This document shows positions 55,680 to 64,000 of a stretch of DNA of 64,000 nucleotides, in pieces (the first letter of the stretch is position 1; every line of letters begins with the position of its first letter). The notes beneath the pieces were generated by a model. That model was not told the DNA's origin. It did not search any database and saw only the letters and a program-made list of their open reading frames with translations. The translations under genes and the position numbers were made by a program. Location: the NCBI GenBank assembly GCA_963665115.1, contig OY762007.1:8288001-8352000 (forward strand), in the 5' to 3' direction. Origin of the DNA: an uncultured Rivularia sp. (GTDB taxonomy: Bacteria > Cyanobacteriota > Cyanobacteriia > Cyanobacteriales > Nostocaceae).

Positions 55680-55853
55680 ATCAGACTGAGTAAAGCTGCT
55701 GTAATTAAATTTCAAAAAGATCGAAATCTTGTGGCTGATGCAATTGTTAGCGCCAAAACTTGGGAAAAATTATCCCATGTAGTTACTTTTGATGCAGATA
55801 TTGATAATTTCCTTCGCCAACATTTTTTCTTTAGCTTGGAATACGTTGCTTAG
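55680..55853 (+). pseudogene. Peptidoglycan-binding-domain fragment
   Basis: KAAVIKFQKDRNLVADAIVSAKTWEKL is the second half of a PG_binding_1 unit; the upstream part of the ORF is repeat-derived. Confidence 0.55.
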
Positions 55854-55972
55854 AGAAACGGGATTTGTTTTTTTGTTTTTATAATTAAGATAGCGGTTTA
55901 TTGTTGGGATTTCATACAGATTCAGGAGACGTAGCAGTGCTACGTCTCTACATTTTTTTGGGGGATTAACTA

Positions 55973-58402
55973 TTATCTTGCGACAATTTGACCGCCTGGG
56001 CGCTGAATCATGATTTCTGATAACCGTCGCTTGGCTTTAGGATCGATTCCGAAAATACGTATGTAGTCGTTATTATGTTCGACTAAACACGCTTCCAAAG
56101 CGGCGATCGCCTCTGCCATATCTTCTATTTGATGCCCTGCGTAACTGTTCCAGGAACCCGTGCGGAATCTACGCTGGTCTACGTATTCTATACCGATGTG
56201 GCTTCCTGTTGCTAAAATTTCTCGCATTTGTTCTAATACTTCTAGCTGCAAATGGGCTGAAGGTATCTGTGCGTTGTATGCATTACCACCTCCGTAGGCT
56301 TGATAATTTCCTGTAGCTTGCTTGGCATTAGTGGTTGCTGTTGGGCTATGAGCGGCTGTATGGGGATGAGGGAATGGATCGGAATCTGGATACTGGAAGC
56401 TTGAATCGCTACTTTGTTGGTTGTTATAGGTTGATCGTGTTTCTGGATATTGGAAAGTCGAACCACCTATGTGTTTGGATGTTTCTGGATAACGGTAAGT
56501 TGAACCACCTATGTGTTTAGATGTTTCTGGATAATGGAAAGTTGAATCGCTACTTTGTTCGCTGTAATGTGGAGCAGATGTTTCTGGATAATGGAAATTC
56601 GCACCACCTATTTGTTTAGGTGTTTCTGGATAATGGAAAGTTGAATCGCTACTTTGTTCGCTGTAGTGTGGAGCAGATATTTCTGGATAATGGAAATTCG
56701 GACCACCTATTTGTTTGGATGTTTCTGGATAATGGAAAGTTGAATCGCCACTTTGTTCTTTGTAGTGTGGGGTAGATGTTTCTGGATAGCGGAAAGTGGA
56801 ACCACCTATTTGTTTGGTTGAATCTACTCTAGATTTTTCTGGATATTGGAAACTCGAATCGCTACTTTGTTTTTTGTAGTTTGGAGTAGCTGTTTCTGGA
56901 TAGCGGAAAGTTGAATTCCCGCTTATTTGTTTGCTGGGATATAAAGTTTGTGTTGGTGGATAATGGAAAGTTGAACCGTTGGTTTCGTTAGGATCTTGAA
57001 TGATGGTTTCCATGACTGCCTGCTTGGTTTTGTAGTCGATTCCAGCTACGCGCACGTAGTCATTGGTGTGCTTAACTAAACATCTTTCCAAATCTCCAAT
57101 TGCATCGGCCATATCATCTATTTCATGAGTAGAAAACTTTTGCCAATTATCCTTGCCATTGTCAGAATAATCGATACTCAAATGGTTTCCCGATGCCAAT
57201 ATTTTCTGCATATAGCTAAGGATTTCCGGCCCAACATGGGTAGATGCGATTTCTGTATTGCGATTAATACTGTTAGGATTTTTACCTAAACTCCGGTTTC
57301 TACCAGTTGTTAATTTACCAGAAGATGGGATATCGGGTATATGTACGGCTTCCGCTGGCGTTTGATGGCTAGGTCTTGCTTGGTAAGTAGATGATGGTTC
57401 CGGGTCAAAATGCGCTGTAGGTCTTGCTTGATACACGGGTAATTCCGCATCAAAATGTGACGTAGGTCTTGCTTCATACACGCCTGTTTCTGCTGGCTGC
57501 GGTACAAAATGCTTCTGATGACGTAAAGCACCGCGATTGTATTCTTCAACCAAGTGCGAATCATCCACCCGATGCTGTTCCCCAACCATCAAATGACCCA
57601 TTTCGATCAAATCCGATAACCCAAATCTAGGCTTTTTGAATGATGGAAGATTATTGCTGTTGACAACAGAAGAAGAAACTTTATCAACTCCTTTATCGTG
57701 GATAAACCCGCGAATTTGCTCGTCATAAATTCGCGATCGCAACGCACTATAAAAATCAACTGCGGCATCAGGAAACTGCGAAACCAGTTTTTCTATATCT
57801 TGTCGTGATAAACCATCTTCACTAAAAATTCCTGCCGCAATACCAACTTTGTCATCTCTACTTGGTTCCCAGTAAAATTTTTCCATCCTACCGTCACGAA
57901 TCAACGGTGCATATAATGTAGAAAAATCGTTCCCGGTGACAATAATCGGAACGCGATGCAAAGGCGTAGAATCATAACTACCCGGTAACTGTACGTCGGT
58001 GGGATTATCCGCAATATTCATCAACGTAGCGTTTACCAACTGCGTATTCACCGTGTACTGGGTACCTTCATCAAAACGTCCGGCACCAGCATCAAGATCG
58101 TTAATCATCAACACGCACATTTTACCGCGCACCTTGATTAATTCCGCCGTTTCCCGATAGCGCAACCGAATCAAACGGGCTGGATCTCCGGCATCCGGAC
58201 TTTCCAATTCACCACCAGAGATGTGAGTTACCTCCACACCCATTTTCTCAAAAACTAATTCGCATTGAAAAGATTTTCCTTCACCCTTGCGCCCGTGAAC
58301 ACCCAAAATCAAAGGTACTCGAACATTAGGTAAGTCGAGATAGTTTTTAGTAATGTGAACGGCAAGTTTATCTTCAAAACGGGGAGAAATATAGTAGCTC
58401 AT
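55973..58402 (-). CDS. rca: RuBisCO activase-like AAA+ protein (Rca/ALC), extended, with two SSUL modules and a repeat array
   Basis: MSYYISP start, Walker A GRKGEGKS, LMINDLDAG, YAPLIRDGRMEKFYW; RbcS-like modules at about 56990-57238 and 55996-56254. Confidence 0.93.
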   Translation of the reverse strand: MSYYISPRFEDKLAVHITKNYLDLPNVRVPLILGVHGRKGEGKSFQCELVFEKMGVEVTHISGGELESPDAGDPARLIRLRYRETAELIKVRGKMCVLMINDLDAGAGRFDEGTQYTVNTQLVNATLMNIADNPTDVQLPGSYDSTPLHRVPIIVTGNDFSTLYAPLIRDGRMEKFYWEPSRDDKVGIAAGIFSEDGLSRQDIEKLVSQFPDAAVDFYSALRSRIYDEQIRGFIHDKGVDKVSSSVVNSNNLPSFKKPRFGLSDLIEMGHLMVGEQHRVDDSHLVEEYNRGALRHQKHFVPQPAETGVYEARPTSHFDAELPVYQARPTAHFDPEPSSTYQARPSHQTPAEAVHIPDIPSSGKLTTGRNRSLGKNPNSINRNTEIASTHVGPEILSYMQKILASGNHLSIDYSDNGKDNWQKFSTHEIDDMADAIGDLERCLVKHTNDYVRVAGIDYKTKQAVMETIIQDPNETNGSTFHYPPTQTLYPSKQISGNSTFRYPETATPNYKKQSSDSSFQYPEKSRVDSTKQIGGSTFRYPETSTPHYKEQSGDSTFHYPETSKQIGGPNFHYPEISAPHYSEQSSDSTFHYPETPKQIGGANFHYPETSAPHYSEQSSDSTFHYPETSKHIGGSTYRYPETSKHIGGSTFQYPETRSTYNNQQSSDSSFQYPDSDPFPHPHTAAHSPTATTNAKQATGNYQAYGGGNAYNAQIPSAHLQLEVLEQMREILATGSHIGIEYVDQRRFRTGSWNSYAGHQIEDMAEAIAALEACLVEHNNDYIRIFGIDPKAKRRLSEIMIQRPGGQIVAR

Positions 58403-58514
58403 GTAATAAAAGCAGAAATTTAACAGTAGTAGAACCATGTTAAATTTTTATGGCTACTATTTATCATGTATTTTTGTAAGCTAAATCCCCTTTCTACTTA
58501 TAGCCGCAATATTT

Positions 58515-58775
58515 TTATCTAATTACTGCCTCGTAATCTTCATGAGTCCCCATCCAAAACCAATAGTAATCCTCACCTTGTTTTAAAGCCAAGGCACGAT
58601 AATTGACAGTAACTCTAGCAGACCATAAATTGTCTGCTACTTTCTTAAAGTGTAGAGAAGGATGAAATTGATTGTTCTTCCAAAGTTGATCGGCTTTTCT
58701 TGCTTGCGCTTTTATTTTTGGTGGTAAAACTGATGCAGTTACCCAGCGAGAGCTTATACAATTAATAGAAACCAT
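58515..58775 (-). CDS. ParE/HigB-like toxin domain, orphan and possibly 5'-truncated
   Basis: LP..IKAQARKA, FHPSLHFKKV, WSARV..NYRAL, WFWMGTHEDY. Confidence 0.7.
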   Translation of the reverse strand: MVSINCISSRWVTASVLPPKIKAQARKADQLWKNNQFHPSLHFKKVADNLWSARVTVNYRALALKQGEDYYWFWMGTHEDYEAVIR

Positions 58776-58897
58776 AATCGTCTATAAATTTCCACGTTTA
58801 AGCAGAAAAGAGATAGAAAAAATGTTGGGATAATGAAAATAATCGCTATTATTATCATTGAGAAGCATATTCGCTGTCAAAATCGGGGTGAAGTTTA

Positions 58898-59773
58898 ATG
58901 GGTAAATCAATCGTTGACTTAGTTGATAACCTACCTACTGATAATATTACTGTCAAAGTATTAAAGGCTCTTGATTATATAGTACCTGGTGAGTGGGATA
59001 ATTTTGTAAATTTTGACGATGCAATAAGTAAGATTACCGGAGAAACTAAGTCCAAAAAAATTAAGAAAATTCGTAAACAAGCAGTTAAATTATACGAAGA
59101 TAAGAATAACGGATATCAAACAGCTATTTGGCTTTATCAAACTATAGATGCTACAGATAAAGCTATAGGTGCTGCCGCTTTAGCTGATAAAGTTGGGGAT
59201 ACTTTTAGTTTTATACCCTTTTTAAAACAATTAACTCCCAAAGCAGATACTTTGCAAAGTATTGATTTAAAAATGAAATTGGTTGCGGAATTAATCGCTT
59301 ATAGCAAGCTTAATGGACTTACTCTTTCTCCACAAAAATTTGCTACTTCTCTAAAGGAAAATTATCAAAACGATGCGCTTATAAGGATGGTAGCTTTAGT
59401 TTGTATTGATGGTGTGCTTCCTCTAGGTGCAAATTTCGTTCCTAGAGTTGAAAACGATATTACTAAAAGAGAAAATTTGCAAAATAATCCGGCTTTTTCT
59501 GCTATCAGTCAATTCATTCCTAGCACGGATAAAACAGGTTTTATTAATGACAGTTTCAAAGCAGTTGATGATTGGATGGCAAAATTAACCGATTCTGCTG
59601 GTTTAACTCGCGAATCAATTGCCAATCGTCTTAGTAATTTTATAGATATTGCTGACGATAAATTAGATTATGTAGCAGCCTTTTTAGATGCAAGCACCAA
59701 CTATTTTGAGCATACCGGAATTCAAACTGTTGCTCGTAAATTAATTAAGGAAGCTTATCAAGAGGTAGATTAA
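58898..59773 (+). CDS. Conserved cyanobacterial hypothetical protein
   Basis: Long ORF; LVDNLP, YVAAFLD...YFEHTGIQTVAR. Confidence 0.75.
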   Translation: MGKSIVDLVDNLPTDNITVKVLKALDYIVPGEWDNFVNFDDAISKITGETKSKKIKKIRKQAVKLYEDKNNGYQTAIWLYQTIDATDKAIGAAALADKVGDTFSFIPFLKQLTPKADTLQSIDLKMKLVAELIAYSKLNGLTLSPQKFATSLKENYQNDALIRMVALVCIDGVLPLGANFVPRVENDITKRENLQNNPAFSAISQFIPSTDKTGFINDSFKAVDDWMAKLTDSAGLTRESIANRLSNFIDIADDKLDYVAAFLDASTNYFEHTGIQTVARKLIKEAYQEVD

Positions 59774-59997
59774 ATTGATCGTGCTTTGTAGAGACGTAGC
59801 AATGCTACGTCTCCGAATGTCGCGGGAAAACGAATTTATTTTTTCAGATGCGTTTCCGTAATGTTTGGGGGAAATTGATTTATTTCAGTTGCGTTTTCGT
59901 AATGCGATTTCACTAAATTATCGATACATATTTAAACATCGGGAGACGTAGCACTGCTACGTCTCTACATTAATATTCGTATTTTTGTAAATTATAA

Positions 59998-60606
59998 CTA
60001 AAACCAATTTAACCAACCTTGCCAATTTTTAACAATTTCAGCAAATACTTGATATCCTGCGGCTCTGGGATGAGCGCCATCATATTTTTTTACTTCATTC
60101 ATCCAGATATCCGATTTTAAAAGTTGTGGAAAAACATTTAAATAAGGAACCTTTAATTGATTGCAAACACAGCCAAACTCTTGGGATAATTCGGAAATTC
60201 TTTGATTTTGTTCCTCATCATCCATTGGTGGTGCGCTAACTACTAAAACTGGATATAAATCTTTTGCAATACTTAAAATATCCTGTAGGTTGGTAATCGA
60301 ATCCTGTAAAGAAACTCTAGTTTTACCATTTTCTATAGTTGTATCGTTGGCTCCAAAAGAAAATACAACCCTACCATTATATTGTTGAGGTAAACGATAA
60401 GAAACTTCCTGCAACCAGCGCTTTCTTAACTCAGTACTCGTTTCCCTTCTAACTCCCAAATTATAGTAAGTAATATCAAATCCTTTGGAGAAGGCATCTT
60501 GACATATTCTACCAGCCCAACCCAAACACTCAGAATCACCAGTACCATTTACAAGTGACTCGCCAACAAAGCAAATTCTTAATTCTTTTAATAGTTGTGA
60601 AGTCAT
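59998..60606 (-). CDS. SGNH/GDSL hydrolase
   Basis: FVGES, NLGV, FGAND, DGAHP blocks. Confidence 0.88.
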   Translation of the reverse strand: MTSQLLKELRICFVGESLVNGTGDSECLGWAGRICQDAFSKGFDITYYNLGVRRETSTELRKRWLQEVSYRLPQQYNGRVVFSFGANDTTIENGKTRVSLQDSITNLQDILSIAKDLYPVLVVSAPPMDDEEQNQRISELSQEFGCVCNQLKVPYLNVFPQLLKSDIWMNEVKKYDGAHPRAAGYQVFAEIVKNWQGWLNWF

Positions 60607-60820
60607 TAAAATAATAATAAAATAAGTATAATAATGTACTTTATATTACTTTCTGGAACTAATCGCAATACTTAATTTAACAAGTGTAAATAGCATATTA
60701 AATGTATAGACATCGGCACAGTAAAAAATATGTGCCATTTACGGATATCCGTACTGTATCAAAATTTTGATAATTTCTCAATCTATTTTATGATTGCTCT
60801 ATTGAGAGAATAAATTTCAG

Positions 60821-60988
60821 ATGGAAAAACAAGAAGTCATCAAAGTTTTGCAAAGAGCTATTTCCAGCATTCGTAAAAACAGAAATAATGATGCTGTCAA
60901 GGATTTACACATTCTGATAGCTGACTTAGAAAGAAGGATAAAAGAAGATGATTTTGATGGTGAATATATATTAGACGATCCAAACTGA
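60821..60988 (+). CDS. Putative 55-aa small protein (below ORF-track cutoff)
   Basis: MEKQEVIKVLQRAISSIRKNRNNDAVKDLHILIADLERRIKEDDFDGEYILDDPN*; amphipathic helices with acidic tail. Confidence 0.5.
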   Translation: MEKQEVIKVLQRAISSIRKNRNNDAVKDLHILIADLERRIKEDDFDGEYILDDPN

Positions 60989-61074
60989 TTATTTGACTTT
61001 GATATCGGGGTGTACATAAATCTGGGGCATCTTTGCCCGTCCATTTCTACTTTAGGATTTAGGAAACTGTTAAA

Positions 61075-61882
61075 TTATTTCCCTTTCTCCTTCAACCAAT
61101 TTACGCCAAAATCAACAGCATCTCTAACAGTAAACAACTTGGTTTGTGCCGAGCCAACCTGTGAAGCTTTTACATAAGCTGCTTTTTCAAAATCCTTACC
61201 CATATCTATAAAGCAGTTACGATCAAAATCAATATCTGAATAATGTGTCCAAACTCGTTTTCCCTGTTCTATAATTGGCGCTCCATAATTAGTTGTTGTA
61301 ATATCACCCATGCGGTATTCCGATAGATGAAATGTTGTACAAGTATCGTATTCGGTTCCTAATAAAAGTACGTAACCGTTTAAATCGTAGAGACGAGCCA
61401 GAGGTGATTCTTCTCCAAGTGAATAATTCAAAGACTGATTTTTGATAATAACTTCGGCATTCTTCCCCCAAGCAGCAAAAGAAAAATTGGGGTGAGAACT
61501 TCTTAAAACCTTTTCACAAGTTCGGAAAACTTCTACAATTTTCCCCATATTTCTTGTAGGAGTAACTTTCGCGTCGTAAGCTGGCATGGTATCGCGAATA
61601 ATCTGCCACCATTCACAAGGAAACTGGTGGTTTTTGCCACGGCTCTGGATCTGAAAAATCGTTACTATGAGTAGGCATTACCAAAGTACCCTCTGACGTA
61701 ACAATATCCATCAAAGCTTGAACTACAGTTACCGCACCACCACAAACCCACCCCAAAGAACTTAGAGAAGAATGTACAATTACCGTTGTTCCTGGAGTTA
61801 AACCTGCATTAATTAAATCTTGTGTTAAAGTCTTGCGGGTGCGGGGCGATGGCGTTTTTGAAATAGTCTCTGCTTCGCTCAT
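61075..61882 (-). CDS. AAC(3)/YokD-family N-acetyltransferase, +1 frameshift at 61621-61623
   Basis: IVHSSLSSLG, LVMPT, RSSHP..SF, TTFHLSE; removing one T gives PPVPCEWWQIIRDTMPAYD. Confidence 0.9.
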
Positions 61883-62136
61883 TTTGCATAATATGATTTA
61901 TTTTTTAGATTAAAATCAAATTTGATGATATCAAATTAAAAAAAGTAAATAATTCAGATAATCATTATTTCTCATGCAATCAATATGGTTAACCATTAGT
62001 TTTAATAAGTTTGTAGTAAGGATTTTAGCCATTTATTAGAGGGCTAAAGCCCTTACTACGAACCTTGGTAGTTAGGAAATACCCCGAAAGAGATATCTAC
62101 TTCGGATGAAAAAAATATCCTTGGCTGTCCGAATAC

Positions 62137-62577
62137 TTAGATAACTTTATATCTGACATTTAACGAATCAATTCCCTGCTTTACCCAACACCAACATTCA
62201 TATTCTGATTTAAATAACTTTGGTGCGGCGATATTATTTAATGAATCTGGTAAGTAATGGTCATAATAATATTTACCAGCTTCCTGGGAAACGACAATTA
62301 AGTTGTTACGGAACACGTAGCGATGTTTAAATGCATCATTATCGCTAACGAAATCAGAATTCTTATCTATGTGTTCTTTGGCAATATTTATAATATTCTC
62401 AATGCTACTGCCGTAGATTTTTGCCGGATTTTCGGCTTTGTGATACTGACTTTTAGACCCAACTTCTGATAGCAATTTATACGAATAAATTTCGTAATTA
62501 TCTGCTTTCCCGAAAACGAATGGTATGATGAGATATCCTTGGTAGGATACTGATTCTTCGTAATTTAAGTTTTTCAT
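62137..62577 (-). CDS. Conserved cyanobacterial hypothetical protein
   Basis: SYQGYLIIPF, HKAENPA, YYDHY...NNIAAPKLF. Confidence 0.7.
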   Translation of the reverse strand: MKNLNYEESVSYQGYLIIPFVFGKADNYEIYSYKLLSEVGSKSQYHKAENPAKIYGSSIENIINIAKEHIDKNSDFVSDNDAFKHRYVFRNNLIVVSQEAGKYYYDHYLPDSLNNIAAPKLFKSEYECWCWVKQGIDSLNVRYKVI

Positions 62578-62968
62578 TGATACGTCCTGATATATAAATG
62601 CTATCCAAAGTAGTATGCTCGTATCGCGATCGCGACGATCGAAGGTTTTAGCAGGTGGGATTGTTTATTAATCCTTTAGCTTTACAAAACAAGTTGCTAA
62701 CGGATTTTATAAGTTTTCATTTATACCATTTGCATAATGATTTTTTGACAGAACCGATAAATTTATTTTATAAAAGTAAAGCGAACTGCCAAAAGGTTGA
62801 AATGGTATTATTTGCTGCTAAAATTTTCTCCTACATAACTAGTATGCAGAAGTTTACGGAACTATTGAAGGCAGATGATTTTTTTACACCAACCTTCAAA
62901 TAAACTCTATATTTTTGCGATTAATTGTTATCTACTTTCAACTTACCACAACTAGCTAATAGTGCAAG

Positions 62969-63824
62969 TCACCATAGACTTAGTTGTTTTGGAGAATTAT
63001 TTAGAAGGTTCCAAGGTAGGGGTGAGACCCCTATACCCCTCTGTTCTAATAGGTTTTGAAAGTGACGAGCAGCCCACGGTGATTTTCCTTCCTGGGGACA
63101 ATGGACAAAAAAGTAAATTTGCATTCCAGATTGCAACCATTGTTTAATATGAGTTACCCATTCTTCCATAAATGTTTGATTTATGGACAAATTGGGATGA
63201 GATATGAAACGAATTAAAGTAAATGGTGCCGTAACATTAAAGTTTACAGGTAGTTGAGGTTTACGTCTTTCGGAACCAAGTTGTGGATCTTCTTCTCCGG
63301 TATAGATGGGGACGAGAATCTAGTATCACTTTTCCTACACCGAATTTTTGCAAAAGGTTTGTTAACTTATCTGCTGATGGTTGTTTAAACCAGTCGCGAT
63401 GTCTGACTTCTACTGCCAAAGGTAGTTGCGTTTGTTGCCAAGCTTCGATGAAAGCAGTTAAATCGTTGAGTGATGAAGGTGCGTAGCTTGGTGGTAACTG
63501 TGCAAACATCGGTGCAATACGGGTACCCAAAGGACGCATAATTTCCGCGAATTTTAAAGCCTCGTTAATATAAGGTTTGAGCGAGCCGTTATGAGTAATA
63601 TTTCGCGGTAATTTTAAACAAAATTTAAACTCTGGAGGTGTTTGATCTGCCCAACGTTTTACGGTTTCTTGATTTGGTACCGCATAAAAAGTAGTGTTGC
63701 CTTCCACAGTTGTGAAGCGACGACTGTAAAGGTGGAGAAAATCAAGCGGGCGAGTACCTTGAGGATAAAGTTCGCCTACCCAACCTTTATAAGACCAAAC
63801 AGCACACCCAATAAAGAAATCCAC
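62969..63824 (-). CDS. DUF72 (YecE-like) protein, +1 frameshift at 63308-63311
   Basis: IGCAVW, VEGNTTFYA, QLPP, EVRH; removing one C continues DSRPIYTG...IRFISHP into the 62969-63190 ORF. Confidence 0.9.
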
Positions 63825-64000
63825 AATCTTAATTTTATATTATTAATAATTTTAAAATATCATTTTTTGGTAGTAGCAACAGCGAAATCATCTTTATTTT
63901 CTATTCTCCGCATTTAGGCTTTACCCAATTCTCTATATGAATTCAAATACAAGAAGACGTAGCAATGCTACGTCTCTACATTATTTATTACAGCATTCAC

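Noticed and set aside
61075..61882. Acquired aminoglycoside resistance gene
   Set aside because: YokD-like AAC(3) homologues are common chromosomal genes, and there is no mobile context here.

Overview
Mostly housekeeping chromosome from a filamentous, probably heterocyst-forming (Nostocales-type) cyanobacterium. This is inferred from the rbcL-rbcX-rbcS order, many HIP1 sites (GCGATCGC), heptameric STRR-type tandem repeats and GTAG...CTAC REP-like palindromes. The window holds the Form IB RuBisCO operon, ccdA-ccsB, mtnD-mtnB-mtnC, serA, prmA, panB, fabG, trxA, holA, queF, moeB with a JAMM protease, the SRP RNA (ffs, not in the ORF track), a TetR/RND efflux cassette and a RelBE-type pair. It also has a NarL/HisKA_3 two-component system divergent from two Spy/CpxP-like genes and a DUF1800-DUF1501 pair. 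The most unusual feature is a RuBisCO-activase-like gene about twice the usual size (about 809 aa). It has two RbcS-like (SSUL) modules, one lacking the RuBisCO-binding arginines, separated by 12 S-T-F-x-Y-P-E-T-like repeats. Other observations: a promoter shared by the two Spy-like genes, TetR operators, tiny repeat elements inserted in frame inside genes, a 5x16-bp array before ccsB, a structured rbcL leader and several gene remnants. Five genes are broken by single +1 homopolymer insertions, most likely sequencing artefacts. All family assignments come from motif recognition by eye; no searches were run.
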